From the NCBI GenBank assembly GCA_010405405.1, contig MU004234.1, positions 2,515,697 to 2,579,696 of the forward strand: DNA of 64,000 nucleotides. Direction: 5' to 3'. This DNA is from Microthyrium microscopicum (Eukaryota). The notes below the pieces were generated by a model that was not told the origin of the DNA, made no database searches, and saw nothing but the letters and a program-made list of their open reading frames with translations. Positions 63,669 through 64,000 of this stretch are shown here, one piece after another (positions within the stretch are counted from its first letter, which is position 1; the number at the start of each line of letters is the position of its first letter). A program made the translations under genes and the position numbers.

Positions 63669-64000
63669 ATGTTAGACTCAAGAAGACTAAATGACTGGCT
63701 ACAAACCAATGTCGAATATCCCGTGATTGATCATTTTCTGTAAGTTTTACAAATTCACCTCATATCATTCCCACATCTAAAGCTCTCTTCTCTAGCTTAA
63801 TTACGACTTCTGGGGATCTACTAGCTTATCCTAGACCAACCGACATAAAACAGTATCGCGACGAGGCAGCACTTGTCGTCAAAGCCTGGAAAGACTCTGA
63901 CCAGCTCTTGATGAACAAGTACAACCGCAAACTACCCAGCACAAGAAATAGATCCGCACATATCGCCGACAAGGAACTCCAAGCATTAACCATCAGTGCA
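63669..64000 (+). CDS. Partial gene, roadblock/LAMTOR2-like protein (runs off window)
   Basis: MLDSRRLNDWLQTNVEYPVIDHFL|LITTSGDLLAYPRPTDIKQYRDEAALVVKAW with an in-frame intron at 63740-63795. The pattern resembles the LAMTOR2 N-terminus (ML..+.L...L....LL....G.LLAY......AA+....W). Confidence 0.6.

Overview
Filamentous ascomycete genomic DNA with a two-compartment structure. Positions 1 to ~25,950 are an AT-rich block that is almost free of CpA/TpG and saturated in TpA, the signature of repeat-induced point mutation (RIP). It resolves into nested transposon relics. A Clr5-like/integrase-core (IS3/IS481-type) DNA transposase gene is split by a full-length Gypsy/chromovirus element (344-7901, 162-bp LTRs, TSD ATAGG). 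A second full-length Gypsy (13001-21779, 268-bp LTRs, TSD CGTAG) sits among further unidentifiable gene relics. Both Gypsy elements carry an extra, apparently spliced gene antisense to gag-pol, between the chromodomain and the 3' LTR. The gene-rich part (~29.6-64 kb) encodes a secreted alpha/beta hydrolase, an EXPERA/EBP-like membrane protein, a Upc2-like Zn2Cys6 factor, a cytochrome P450, a zinc-finger orphan, an Ego1/LAMTOR1-like protein (missed by the ORF track), a repeat-rich secreted glycoprotein, a Kch1/Prm6-family protein, a HerA/FtsK-like ATPase, an AA9 LPMO, phosphoglycerate dehydrogenase, glyoxalase I and the start of a roadblock/LAMTOR2-like gene. A RIP-mutated 4.0-kb DD34E Tc1/IS630-type transposon (29-bp TIRs, TA TSD) lies in the promoter of the Zn2Cys6 gene and carries a second, convergent ~1.7-kb ORF with a probable Zn-binding motif. 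All 'de-RIP' translations were done by eye and are inferences; no database searches were run.
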